A stretch of 63,872 nt of DNA, filler included, from Choristocarpus tenellus KU-1152 (taxonomy: Eukaryota > Protista > Phaeophyceae): NCBI GenBank assembly GCA_964200185.2. It is 12 parts of 12 records of this genome, joined end to end, with 100 filler letters (N's around TTAATTAATTAA, not from the genome) between each part and the next. Parts side by side here need not be neighbours in the genome. Positions count along the whole stretch, not along the records: positions 51,865 to 57,352 come from CAXNAD020010633.1; positions 57,453 to 60,215 come from CAXNAD020024952.1; positions 60,316 to 63,872 come from CAXNAD020019285.1; 9 more parts are not named here. One strand, 5' to 3'. Of this stretch, positions 52,802 to 63,872 are shown piece after piece (position 1 is the stretch's first letter; every line of letters starts with the position of its first letter). The notes beneath the pieces were generated by a model, which saw only the letters and a list, made by a program, of their open reading frames with translations, had not been told where the DNA came from and ran no database searches. The position numbers and the translations under genes were made by a program.

Positions 52802-55800
52802 AACGTTGCGTGTAGCAAAGTTGTTGCTGGATATGCGGAAGCTCGATGTAATGATTTATGGCAAGGTGGCACAGAGGAAGAACTGGGTAAGTTTGTTTTG
52901 CTGTTGCAATCGGATTGTTCGAATGTGCACTCAGTGTGAGTACATCAAGCCATCACACAAGGAATGCTTAAAGGGTATTAGCACACGTATCCAAGTGATT
53001 TTTTAGTAGATCGCACGCTGTACGATAAAAAGGTTGCGAGGTCCAGACTTTATTCTACTCTTTCGTTGCCGTCCACATGTGTGAATTTGTTCGCTTGAAG
53101 TAGACGCCCGCTGGTATGATGACGAGGAGTGTGAAAATGAGGGGGTCTTCTCCTACGGGTTTGATGCAGACAACGGGGGAGATACGTCTTTTCAGCAACA
53201 AGCCGAGACAAGTGAAGGGGGCAACTGGGGCGTTGTACATGCCAACAACAATGTGGGATTTTTCTCTCGATGCATCTCTGATATTTCAAGAGATGAGACA
53301 CTTGAAGTCAAATGTCGTAGTAGTTGAAACGATAACCTTGAAATGAGTTGTGCACAGAATGAAACAAATTTGTTATAGTTGCTAGCCTAAGAGGTTGTGT
53401 CAGTCGTGTGCTCATATTTGGAACATATATATTGAGCACGGTTCAGTATTAAAAGTGTTCTGGGAAAAGGCACAATTTTATCCTCAGCTCTCCCACTTTT
53501 TGTAGTGCTTGTCCTCACAAATATCTGAATCAGTTACTATTTCATTGTGGTTGATGTGTCAGGACAATATATACCCAGAGTACGAGAAGGAGGAGATTGC
53601 ATCATCGGATCATCAAGTTCGAGCTAGTTGGGACCAATGGGAGTGGGTAGAGGACGTTGCTAGTGAAGGGTACTTCTTTAACGCCATCACGGTAGGAGTT
53701 GGAGTTTGCTCAATTCAAATAGTGCTTGTTGGCAAGATTATTCAAGGTTAATGAGTGCGTCTTTTAGAGGTAAGTTTGTCACCTTTACACTTCGCAGACC
53801 TTTGAGATAGTACTGCCCAATGCTGCACTCTCATCACACTGCCCAGAAAGCACCTTGCCGAATGGTACTGAGTGCAAATATTCAAAATACGTTAGGATTG
53901 GTACTGTTTCACTGTAGGTGGGTACTTCATGCAAAGTTGAAGACTAGTGACAGAAATGAAGGTCAGCTCAACATATGTCTCAGACCTCTCCACAGTGTAG
54001 CTACTTTATATAAATGATTGCAGAGACTGCTCAACATGCTCTGCTGCAGGGAGAGGCCCGCTGGGGACAACCAGATTCCTTATACTTGGCAACCAGCCAG
54101 GCATTGACGGAACATGGGTATAGGGCGTATGATGAGGGAATCGGCCAAGGTGCTGAGTGGACAGAACACGGTGGTAGGTTGAGCACCTGCAACAAGAATG
54201 GAGCTAGGGAGGAAAGACAGATGAAGTGATTACTGAGGATTGTGTAGAACCCAACTCTGATATTTCTCCACCAGACAGAATTTCACCCCACTGCAGTATG
54301 TATAAAATGATATTCCTCAACAATTGGAGAGAAAGGATTTGCTCAGTTTTATTTTTCACCAAGTGCTTTGAATTTTTAGTGTGATGAGTAGGATCCAGTG
54401 TTTTACAAGGTACTCATGCTTAAATTTGAGCCCTTGACAATGACAGTAAAATATCTCTACCACACTATTTCTCTGTTCAATGCTTGCTTGCAGCAGGGCA
54501 CCCAACTTCCAGCTTTACTGCTGAGGATGGGTCCATTTGGCTGTATGATGAGACAACAGGGGAGTACATACAAGATAAGGAGGTGACATCAAATTTTGTG
54601 GAGATTAACTCCATAGCAGTCATGTACGAATTTGTCACCGTACCACTATACTCGAATACTGAACCACAGAATAAATATACAGCAATAGTATACTCCTCAC
54701 GGTCATACAAAATCTATTATGGACGGTTGATGACGTCATGCAAGCTTGTTGCTTCGGTTATTTTGCCAGTGAATGCAGAGGATGGGGTGACATTGAACAA
54801 TAAACTTATGACTCAATCCCTTTTCCCTGGTCTGTTGTAAAAGCAGTGAGAGAAGTTCCTCGGCCTATATCCTAATCCTAATTCTGTGGCTGAGGGTTTA
54901 GGTTAAGGAATAAGCAAAAATTTCTGCATTGATTCTCCTGTGGTCTGTCCCAATTTTCTGCGAATTACAGACAAATTTCAATTTCAATTTCACTTGTGAG
55001 GAACGCTTGGGAGATTCTCTAGCCCTTCCAGACTCGACTAGCATGGAGTGGCAACAGTGTGAGAGCGAGTTTGGGACTTATTACTACAATATCATCACAG
55101 AGGTTAGTTGTTTTGTGTGGACTGATAAATCTCTAGGCAATACAATTCATTGATGGAAAAAAAATGTGTCCTATAGTGGAGCACCATCTACTCAAGGTAT
55201 ACTTAGAAGGCATTGTCCACATGCGGACTTGTTAGGGAAAACCATCTCTACAAAACAGTTAACACAACAAGTACGGGGTTGTTGAATGTGTGACATCCTG
55301 GATGTGATTGCAAAATGTATTGGGGGGATAAAATGCTGTGAAAGATCAAGAAAATTCCACAGGTGAAGCATTGCCCAGATAGCGGAGGTTGACAAGTGGG
55401 TAGCCATACTGCCACATTTGAGTAAATTATTTGAAAGCAAGGAGCTAAACATGTGGTTGGACATACTGTTGAGCATTATATTCCTCTAAAGTGACGGCCC
55501 AATATTCATTCTCAATACTGGTGCAGGAAACATCGTGGTATCCCCCGGATCAATTTGGGGAAGTGAGATATAGCGACGAGGGAGAGTTAAACGATCAGGG
55601 AGAGGTAAGTTCCAGCTATGAAGATTTTGGGCAGGATCGAGGCACAAGCATTCAGGATGATGGCACAGTCTATCGAATGGAAAGTCCACCACTGAGTGCC
55701 CTTACGGGAAAGTGGGATGATGGGGGGTCAGGGGAGGGTCTCACTTGGTTAGGTTCTGAGGCTGGATCAGCATCAGCAAGGGGTGCCTCTTGGACTGACC

Positions 55801-57006
55801 CTCCTTTCAATAGTGGGAATGGGTCTTGGGGAGAGAACTGGACCAAACAAAGTTTCGAGATGTCACCAACACAAGAATTGAGTGAGTGGTCAGTGGAGAG
55901 ACTTCACGAGGTCTCCGAGGTGAGCATAGTGGAAGCAATAATCAATAGGACTTGGTTCGTTTGTGGAACAAGGAGCTCTCTGCATGCATTCTTCGATGCG
56001 TTCTCATCACTGATACCCATTCTCTGTACAACTCAAACGGGTAAGTGAGTGATGGGATTTGGCACCAGAGCCCCCCAACTCCCAACCCCCTTACTTGTTG
56101 GAGTACATTCAGAATTCTTAAGAATAATTCTGCACCAGACCCAATGGAGGAGTAACTATGCATCCCTTTCTCTCTTGAATGGACCGCCATCCTGCCATTA
56201 CTACATGCAAAGACTCTGGGGGGAAAGTGGGGCATAACCAAGAGGCTGACAAAGCGGGCTACTGAAGACTATGATCGACTTCTAGATATGGATGCTCCTC
56301 AAATTGCTGCTCTTAAGAACAAGGTAAGGAAAATTACACCAGCAGTATAGAGATTGGATGTGCATAGGTCTATTTCTTGGCCTTCAATATCAATGCCCTA
56401 TTTATGCCAGCATGCTGTGCACTGGAGTGCACTCGTGGATTCCTGGGTCCTTACTGTCTTACTCCTACCCTAGGTCTTTTAGGGCGTTCTTTACTCCCTT
56501 GCCAATCCTTTTTACCCATTAGCAACCAAATCATCTAGGTGTGATACCCATCCTTCTGAACTCTATTTTTCAGAGAACACCCATCCCTGTCCCCTTACCA
56601 CTCAAGATTGTATTCCTAGACTCGTGTAATCCTTGCTTGATGAGATTGAAGCAAACACTTGCCAGAAGGAAGCATAGGCTGTTGCAAGTTAACAGCACAT
56701 TCCACCAATGTACAGTTTCTCACTTTCGGTTAATCCTATCTCCCTCCACTGCATCTCCCTTGTTTCCATTGGAAGGGTACCTCGCTGGTGGTTCGATCAC
56801 TGGTTGGCCGTGAGGAGGGAGAAGATGATGACCAAGATTTCTCGCTGTCTGAATCTTCTTCCTCCAATGATGAAGGTACTCCTCCTCCTAGTGAAATCAA
56901 TGAAGGCTACAAGAAAGAAGCGGAAGATCTGACTCTGCGCCGGAAGTCATTGCTGGGACTAGAGATGGCGCTTTCCATGAGTGAGGATGGCTTTGGACCT
57001 TGGAGG
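52802..57006 (+). CDS. WW-domain-containing protein (partial); exons 52802-52886, 53104-53252, 53563-53691, 54050-54173, 54494-54582, 54971-55102, 55527-55919, 56213-56323, 56776-57006
   Basis: Exons splice in consistent phase and rebuild two WW domains across introns: WEWVEDVASEGYFFNAIT|GEARWGQP and WQQCESEFGTYYYNIITE|ETSWYPP. The linkers are acidic and low-complexity. Confidence 0.8.
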
Positions 57007-57299
57007 GTAAGTGGACGGATACACCTTCTCACCACACTATGTCATCTCTTCTGGCTCTGAGGTATTTAATGCTCATAGGCTATGAGATCAGAGCAAAGTT
57101 TATTTATGTGGAGGAGTTGTGCTTCTACATAACATGGTCTGCAGATTCTCAACTAGAAGTGCTGCGGGATGAACCTTGGATGTATGTGCTGTCAAGCAAG
57201 CACCAGCAACGTTTTGGAGGCCTTAGAGAGGATGCTTCCCATCTATCATAAGTTGTTGCCTCTAGTCCTTTCTTCATCAATACTTGAGCATTGCAACCA

Positions 57300-57471
57300 G
57301 ACCCAAAGTATCTGGGGGGGGGGGGGGGGGGAGCCACACCCGGGTCCCCCTTNNNNNNNNNNNNNNNNNNNNNNNNNNNNNNNNNNNNNNNNNNNNTTAA
57401 TTAATTAANNNNNNNNNNNNNNNNNNNNNNNNNNNNNNNNNNNNNNNNNNNNCCCCCAGATACTTTGACCC
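57300..57471. mobile_element. Family-B termini on either side of a spacer (57300-57352 and 57453-57471)
   Basis: GACCCAAAGTATCTGGGGGG and CCCCCAGATACTTTGACCC. Confidence 0.7.
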
Positions 57472-57678
57472 TGTGGGATAACTACCGTGTGTTTGCAGCA
57501 ATGTCATTGAATCGTCAGTAGTAAGATTTTTGAAGAACATTCTTTACAACCATATACGGCTCTTGATGTACTCCAGAGTAGAAAAAAAAATCATTGAAAA
57601 AGTACTGTAAATAGTAGTTCAGTGAAACAGCAGGGAGCAGTTAAGTGGTTAAAAGATTGAGGCTGATCTTGACCTTAC

Positions 57679-59095
57679 CTTTTCCCTGAGGCCAGCCTCC
57701 ACTGTAGCGCGGAACTTGCGCTCTCGGGCAAGAAGATCGATGTGCGCCTTAGTTGTATCTTCGACCCTGCTAGGGCAGCGAGTAATGGGGTTTAGGGTTA
57801 GAGATTGCAATGTACCACCCTTGGGAGCGGCTGAGTGAAAGTATCTTAGAGGGTACAAGTTTTGCCCTATTTGTCCATTTGGGGCTTGACTTCCCACGGG
57901 TTTTTAATGACATACTACCTCCTCCAAAGTGTTTCCGAGTATGTAAAATGTATATGCTATGAAAAGATGTGCCCAGAACAAGGATATTGACATCTCCTAA
58001 CAATCACGATAGCCAAAATTACATCAAAATCGCAACATTGGATTTTGGTCCCCAAATGGACGCGGCTCTACCCTCATAAGATACTTTGACTTGGCTGAGA
58101 TAGGCGTCATCGCATCATTTCAGATACCAGGACAGTGTTCTGCTGTACAGGAGCATGGGGATCATGGAACCTCATTGCCTTGACCAGGAGATGGCAGGGA
58201 CTGAGGGCTTTGTGGAGAAAGACAATGCTCGAACTCGAGTGCTGATGGAAAGGGACCATGTGTCCAGAGTATTGTGGTACGCTGACCTTCTTCGCTCAGC
58301 CTCCACTGTCTTCCTGAGTTCGGATTCATGCTCTCTGATCTCTCTCAGCTCGTTCCGAAGCCCCTCGTTCTCTTCCACTTTTCCCACTGTCCCTCCTTCA
58401 TCCTGGGCAACATCAACCTTACCTCTTGCCAGGTTAGCCTGGTCTTCGAGAGGATCATACTCCTTGGGCGCCTTACGTATGCCTCCATCATCTCCAAGAT
58501 CAGCTACACAATCACTGTTTTGAGCTCCCACCTCCACAATCACCGGTTTCACGCTTGACGATGCCCCCTCCCCTCCACACTGGGTTTCGAGGGAGTGGAG
58601 ATCGGCTGCCAGCTGGTTGAGCACTGCGCCTTGGAACCTCAGCTGCTCCTTGAGACGAAAGTTCTCGTTCTTCACTTTGACGTCGTTCTCTAACGAAGCT
58701 AGAGCAACCCTCCCTTGATCAGCGGATACTCCTCGAATTACTGATGACGTGCTACCCTTTTGAAAGCCCAGATCTGCCCCTTCTTGTCCTCTCCCGACTT
58801 TACTGTTGGTCTTCCTGTAGCCAGGTATCTTACGGCGCAAAACACCCTTGTTGCATTGACCAGCATTAACCTGTTGCCCATCTGCAGATACCACGGTCGA
58901 TGCCCCGAGTCCTCTGTCCACCTCGACTTTTAGTTGACTCGATTCACTTGAGACAGGGACAGCATCACAAGTCGTTTTACGTAAGTACAACGGTGTACTC
59001 TCTACCTCTGACTTCTGCAAAGACGTTGACAAGTATATGTCGAGGAGTCTGTTTTGAACAGGCTTCTTGCCCAACGAAGTCGTAGGCTCCCGCAT
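57679..59095 (-). CDS. Unknown coiled-coil protein, first two exons (58287-59095 and 57679-57766)
   Basis: 307-aa ORF from the ATG at 59095. An AG|GTCAGC donor joins in phase to CAG|G-VEDTTKAHIDLLARERKFRATVEAGLREK|GTAAGG. Confidence 0.75.
57833..58092 (-). mobile_element. MITE family A copy, TSD GGCT, intronic
   Basis: ggct|GAGTGAAAGTATCTTAGAGGGTA ... AAGATACTTTGACTT|ggct. Confidence 0.92.
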
Positions 59096-59520
59096 ATCAA
59101 CGTATGTTAAGAGTTGACGTAACAGGTAGTATCAGCTTTGCTAGTTGTACAAACAGAACGGTACTATCATTACAGAATTGCCTAGAATTCTCCACGGGCA
59201 CTTGGATGGGATGGGAGGAGGTGGCAAATGCTATGCTTTGATTGTCGAGAGTCTTGCGAACTACAAACTCCGCAAATGCGCAGTGTGGTGTGACTGGACG
59301 TTGTGACCTGGCATGAACATGTCGATCTTTGTTGATAGGGTGGGGTCATGTTTCAAAAATTCAAAAAAAGCTAAAGTCCTTAATACATTTATGAAATATA
59401 TTCGAGGACATCTCAACGACACCTTTCTTCAACAGTTTCATCACCAATATTTTCTGGGTCTTACCAGATAGTAGTAGTGAGTATTACAGTATCTTAAGTG
59501 TACAACAATACTATACTGTC

Positions 59521-59883
59521 GGTAGCCACCTCTGGGATGAGACCAGTCTTGATTTTTTTGAAAAGGTTGCACAACGAGTTAATCGACGATCAGCATATCG
59601 AATGAAAGCTCTTGATCCTAGCTATCGAAGTCTGGGAAGGAATTTGTTTTAAAAATGGTTTTGATAAGGTTAAATTTTAACCGAATGTTCTCGGCACAAC
59701 CTTGAAAGTATTCCATAATGAATTATCATGACCAAATCTATCTTTCCGAAAGAATTACTTTGCATAAATCGATAGCCTAGATCCAGAGCTTTCATTTGAT
59801 ATGCTGATTATTGATTAAATCGTTGGGCAACCGTTTCAAAACAATCAAGATTGGTCACTACCAAAACGGTACGTGGGCGGACC
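59521..59883. mobile_element. Foldback/MITE-like element with ~88-bp inverted arms (59541-59628 and 59769-59856)
   Basis: GACCAGTCTTGATT...CAGCATATCGAATGAAAGCTCT...GCTATCGA is mirrored by TCGATAGC...AGAGCTTTCATTTGATATGCTG...AATCAAGATTGGTC. Confidence 0.8.
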
Positions 59884-59904
59884 TCGACTTAGTACTGCTT
59901 AAGC

Positions 59905-60215
59905 CACTCACAGGACACGATTCTGGTTGAGCGTCGTCGAGGACACTGCTTGATGCTTTCTAAGTATCACTGTGAATTGAACCCGATAGACATGGTCTGG
60001 GGGCGGGTGAAGCACTATGTACGAGGCCACTGTGACTACACGTTGCCAGGAATGAGAGTCAACATCCCTTCAGTCTTAAGGAGGAAAGGGGAGCTGTTCA
60101 GAGCAATTGCGAGAGGTTCTTCAGGATGAGTATTGCGTACCACCTGATATATTCCAACGAGAAAGGCATGAAGTGCACCAAATTGGACAGGGTGTACACG
60201 ACATTTAAGTATCGT
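59905..60215 (+). mobile_element. C-terminal fragment of a Tc1/IS630-like transposase
   Basis: Reads GHCLMLSKYHCELNPIDMVWGRVKHYVRGHCDYTLPGMRVNIP, matching the L.K.HCELNPIE..W...K motif; frameshifted further downstream. Confidence 0.85.
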
Positions 60216-60315
60216 NNNNNNNNNNNNNNNNNNNNNNNNNNNNNNNNNNNNNNNNNNNNTTAATTAATTAANNNNNNNNNNNNNNNNNNNNNNNNNNNNN
60301 NNNNNNNNNNNNNNN

Positions 60316-61452
60316 CATCAGGTGACAATGAAGATGGCCGCCAAGGGGCTGAATTATAGCACGAGCACCATAAAAAGGTGGTTGGATGATATGGGGACCA
60401 TGCTGAATCGCCGTTGGAACAATCCCAAACTTAAATCATGGTAAAAGGTATGGAGAATGGACATTGTTTGAGATCAAGTGGACCGGAAACGAGGTGTGTG
60501 CGCCTCCATGGTGAACACGATCCTTGTGGATGAAACCTGGTTTTACATGATGGCTGATGGGGAAAGGGTGGGCGTATTTCCGTATGAGGATGATATCGAC
60601 CTTCCAGGGTCCCCTCCCCTACTGTGCAGCACAAGAGTCATATCCCCAAAGCTATGATCATTTCAGCCAATGCCCGCCCAGATTCAGCTAACAGCTTTGA
60701 TGGAAAGCTTGGTGTTTGGTGTGTGTGCGCCTAAAAGAGCAGACAGGACAAGCAATAACCATAAAAAGGGGAATGTGTATGAGCAGGACTGTACTTTAGA
60801 CCATTTGTGGTACAGGAGTTGGTATACGGAGGAGTTACTGCCTGCAATCAAGACCAAGATGCCTTGGTTGCAGGGGAAGCACGTTGTTGTTCAGCAAGAC
60901 AGTGCCACGCCCCACACGGGCAAGGGCAACTCAGAAATCTTGTCAGGGGCAGGGACGACTGATGGGTGGTCGATTAGGCTTGTGACGCAACCATCTAACT
61001 TTCCCGACCTCAATATCATGGACCTGTGCTTCTTCAGTCTTTGAAATGCCGGGTGATGGGAAAGCGGTTTGGGCCTGTTGAGTAGATGGTGAAGGTCATT
61101 AAGAAACAGTATGAGTATGATGAAACCACACACTTGAGAGGGCTTGGCAGCTCTTTTTTGTGGTGTACAAAGACTTTGATACAAAGGGAGGAATGACTTC
61201 AGTGTGGAGCACACAGGGGTAAGGAAGAGGTAGTTCCCTGGTGAGCTCGAAAACACGCCGAAGGTAGACATGGAGGCATTTTCTGTGGCTGATAAAATTT
61301 TGATGGATGGGGAGCAATAATAATATAAACAGCTTACCCTAACCAGAAATTCGTCAAGGATTCCAAATCTTCTTTCAGAAATGAATTTCATCAACATCTT
61401 CAAAAAAAGTCGTGGACAACGCGGCACAGATATACGGCACAGAGGTCGTGTA
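60316..61452 (+). mobile_element. Degraded mariner transposon of the plant-type DD39D lineage
   Basis: Frameshifted transposase with VDETWFY, VQHKSHIPK, FDGKLG, VVQQDSATPH and LVTQPSNFPDLNIMDLCFFSL; stop at about 61320; putative end ...GGCACAGAGGTCGTG-TA near 61452. Confidence 0.9.
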
Positions 61453-62690
61453 CATATATGTTACCGGCGCCCCTCAGAACTCACCTCCTCAGGGTATGCA
61501 ACTCAAATCCAACGACCTTAAAATAACGCTGCAAGGGGGGGTCCACAGATGATAACCACGTACCGTGTCAGCTTGATGCTTAGCTCAGTCAATATCTCGC
61601 TTTTCGCTTTATCAAAAGAGGTAGCATCACAAAGGAACTGAAGGGTGTGGTGAGCCTTCATCCTTTTATTTACTTTCATCCACCCTTTTTCTCCAGCCAA
61701 AGAGTTAAAATGAAGTCGGCAAACTGCTATGTAGATACTTCAATCATAAATCCTTATTCTGCAACTTTCAAGAATTGACATGTACTCTGTGAGATTATGT
61801 ATATTTCTAATCTTACTCTGCGTCTTCTATCAATTCAAAGTTCCTCTTTCATGAATTCTTACGTATGTATACTGTTCACGTATTTTGGCACGCAGAAAGA
61901 AATGCTCGCGCTATTTGCCTGTAACATATAGTAGTACATACACAAAAGGTATAATCTATCAGCTATCACATCCTCTATATATGTCACAGTATCACTATCC
62001 TCAGCCCATCCCAAAACCTTGTCTCTAGGAGGACAATACGCATTTCAAGTACGTCACCCTAACAGTACAACCAACAACATTGACAAATCTGTCACACCAA
62101 CCTCTACTCGGTTCCAAATTTCAATGCGCAATGGACAGAGAATACCTCCACAAATTGCCAAGAAGAACATTGTTTTCCTCACATGTTCCACATTTATCCT
62201 TTCCGAAACGCCTCCAAAACAATGTGACAACTGCTTACCTCTATCTTACCATGGCATTGTTCCAAAAAAGCTCAAAACAGATCACAGGTACAATGGGACT
62301 TAAAGGAAATATTGCACTTTTCCACTCTACAACTACCCCACTAAGATCGTTTTCCTTCTCCACCCTCTTTCCTATCTCACGCCTCACAATAATTCTTGTT
62401 GTAAATCAGCTATCAGGTCCATATCAGCGGAGAGACCTGCTTGGGTATGGCAAGACAGCAGCCCAATGTACAAGCGGACCTTACATAATCAGTGGTGAGT
62501 GGTGAGTGCTTACCTCTAGTACGATCCTCAGCAATTTGTGGTAACAACCATACTATGCGCTATTATAGTACTGCTTCATACTGTCTTACCCTAACCTCCA
62601 GAAAACAAGTGACCGCTAGCAAGGTAAGAGAGCAATATCCCTGAGAATATAGCTCTATTCATAATATTTATGCTTAGATTTGTGTGTGTC

Positions 62691-62947
62691 GAGTCAAAGT
62701 GCCTCAGAGGGTAGAGCCGCGTCCATTTGGGGGCCAATATCCAATGTTGTGATTTTAATGTAATTTTGGCTTTGGTTTTTATTGAGAAGTGTCAATATCC
62801 TTGCTCCAGACACACCTTTTCATTAACGTACACATTTTTCCTCCTCTGGACCATTTTGGAGAAGGAAATGTCATTAAAAACCCGTGCGAAACCAAGCCTC
62901 AAATGGACAAACAGTGCAAACCTCGTACCTTTAAGATACTTTCACTC
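62691..62947 (+). mobile_element. MITE family A copy, TSD TGTC
   Basis: tgtc|GAGTCAAAGTGCCTCAGAGGGTA ... TAAGATACTTTCACTC|tgtc. Confidence 0.92.
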
Positions 62948-63170
62948 TGTCAACATTCCACGTGTAGGGCAGTCCAGTGACTCAACAGGGAAGCGCAGGG
63001 AGGGCACAGTTATATTCGCTTTGTTTGACACCCGTATGGAGCTGTGCTTAGTTAAGTGCAGTCAGTAAAATAGTTACACAACCCGAGGTCTCCATTGGGG
63101 ATCCACCTCACACAAGTTTTGTCTCGAGGCATTTCTTCATGGCCAATACCCAGAATTTGACACTTGGTAA

Positions 63171-63428
63171 GAGTTAGAGTATCTTAGAGGGTACGAGTTT
63201 TGTCCTGTTTGTCCGTTTGGGGCTTTGCTTCCCATGGTTTTTTTATGACATTTTCCTACTCCAAAACATTTCAGAGTAGGTAAAATGTATACGTTATGAA
63301 AAGGTGCGTCCAGAACATGGATATTGACACTTCCCAACAAACACAATGACCAAAATTATATCAAAATCACAACCTTGGATTGTGGACCCCAAATGGACGC
63401 GGCTCTACCCTCTCAGATACTTTGGCTC
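63171..63428 (-). mobile_element. MITE family A copy, TSD GTAA
   Basis: gtaa|GAGTTAGAGTATCTTAGAGGGTA ... CAGATACTTTGGCTC|gtaa. Confidence 0.92.
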
Positions 63429-63796
63429 GTAAACTTTGGTTAGTATCCCCTTGTGTGCGTAGACTTGTAATGAATGATTAAATGAAAAACGTGCGGTTTC
63501 AAAATCTTACACTTAGCATGTGTATATATACATTGAAAGAATATAAATAACCCAGATACAACTGTGCTCCTATGGTCACATCATTTTGCTTCTTAGCCTC
63601 AGACTGTACATGTCATGCCAAAATAGATAAATGGGGCAAGGAGATCTAAAGGGAAGAAATGTACAGGTATATATTTCTGTACCAGCACCTATACAAAGAG
63701 ATACGACTACTACAATAGAGGAAATTATGGTGGGGAATTAATTGGTTGCTCCGACTACTATGACGCACATTACACTTCATTGTTCGGGCCTCCACT

Positions 63797-63872
63797 GACC
63801 CAAAGTATCTGGAGGTGAGGGGGGGTCTTCACCAGGGTGTCCATTTGGGTCATAGCCAGGAAACGTGCACAT
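63797..63872 (+). mobile_element. Terminal fragment of a family-B transposon (B2 type; related pieces at 5872-5968 and about 32800-32843)
   Basis: GACCCAAAGTATCTGGAGG...CCAGGGTGTCCATTTGGG. Confidence 0.7.

Noticed and set aside
57833-58092. MITEs as intron-generating (introner) elements
   Set aside because: The copies sit inside longer introns and their ends do not coincide with splice sites.

Overview
Eukaryotic, intron-rich genomic DNA. It is not one locus: 12 contigs are joined by 11 artificial 100-bp spacers (44 N + TTAATTAATTAA + 44 N), so adjacency across spacers has no biological meaning. Short exons in long introns, TTAGGG tracts, a GT48 glucan synthase and the PAM16 N-terminus fit a stramenopile, most plausibly a brown alga (inference). 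Reading exons across splice sites gives partial genes for PAM16/TIM16, a type-II peroxiredoxin, a GT48 1,3-beta-glucan synthase, VMA12/TMEM199, NDUFAF5 (with a GC-AG intron), a WW-domain protein and several unknown proteins. One of the unknowns is a >1700-aa coiled-coil protein whose 3.2-kb exon is built from about 11 tandem 71-residue units. The non-coding DNA is dominated by a ~260-bp MITE family (8 copies; ~23-bp TIRs with GAG...CTC ends, 4-bp TSDs, Sola2-like, conserved internal 20-bp hairpin) and by longer relatives with the same CAAAGTATCT terminus that sit at about half of the contig ends. Degraded Tc1/mariner, copia, probable gypsy and probable LINE remnants are also present. No CRISPR array, rRNA, intact tRNA or operon-type system is visible. 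The best candidates for something undescribed are the 71-aa repeat protein and the Sola2-like element family.
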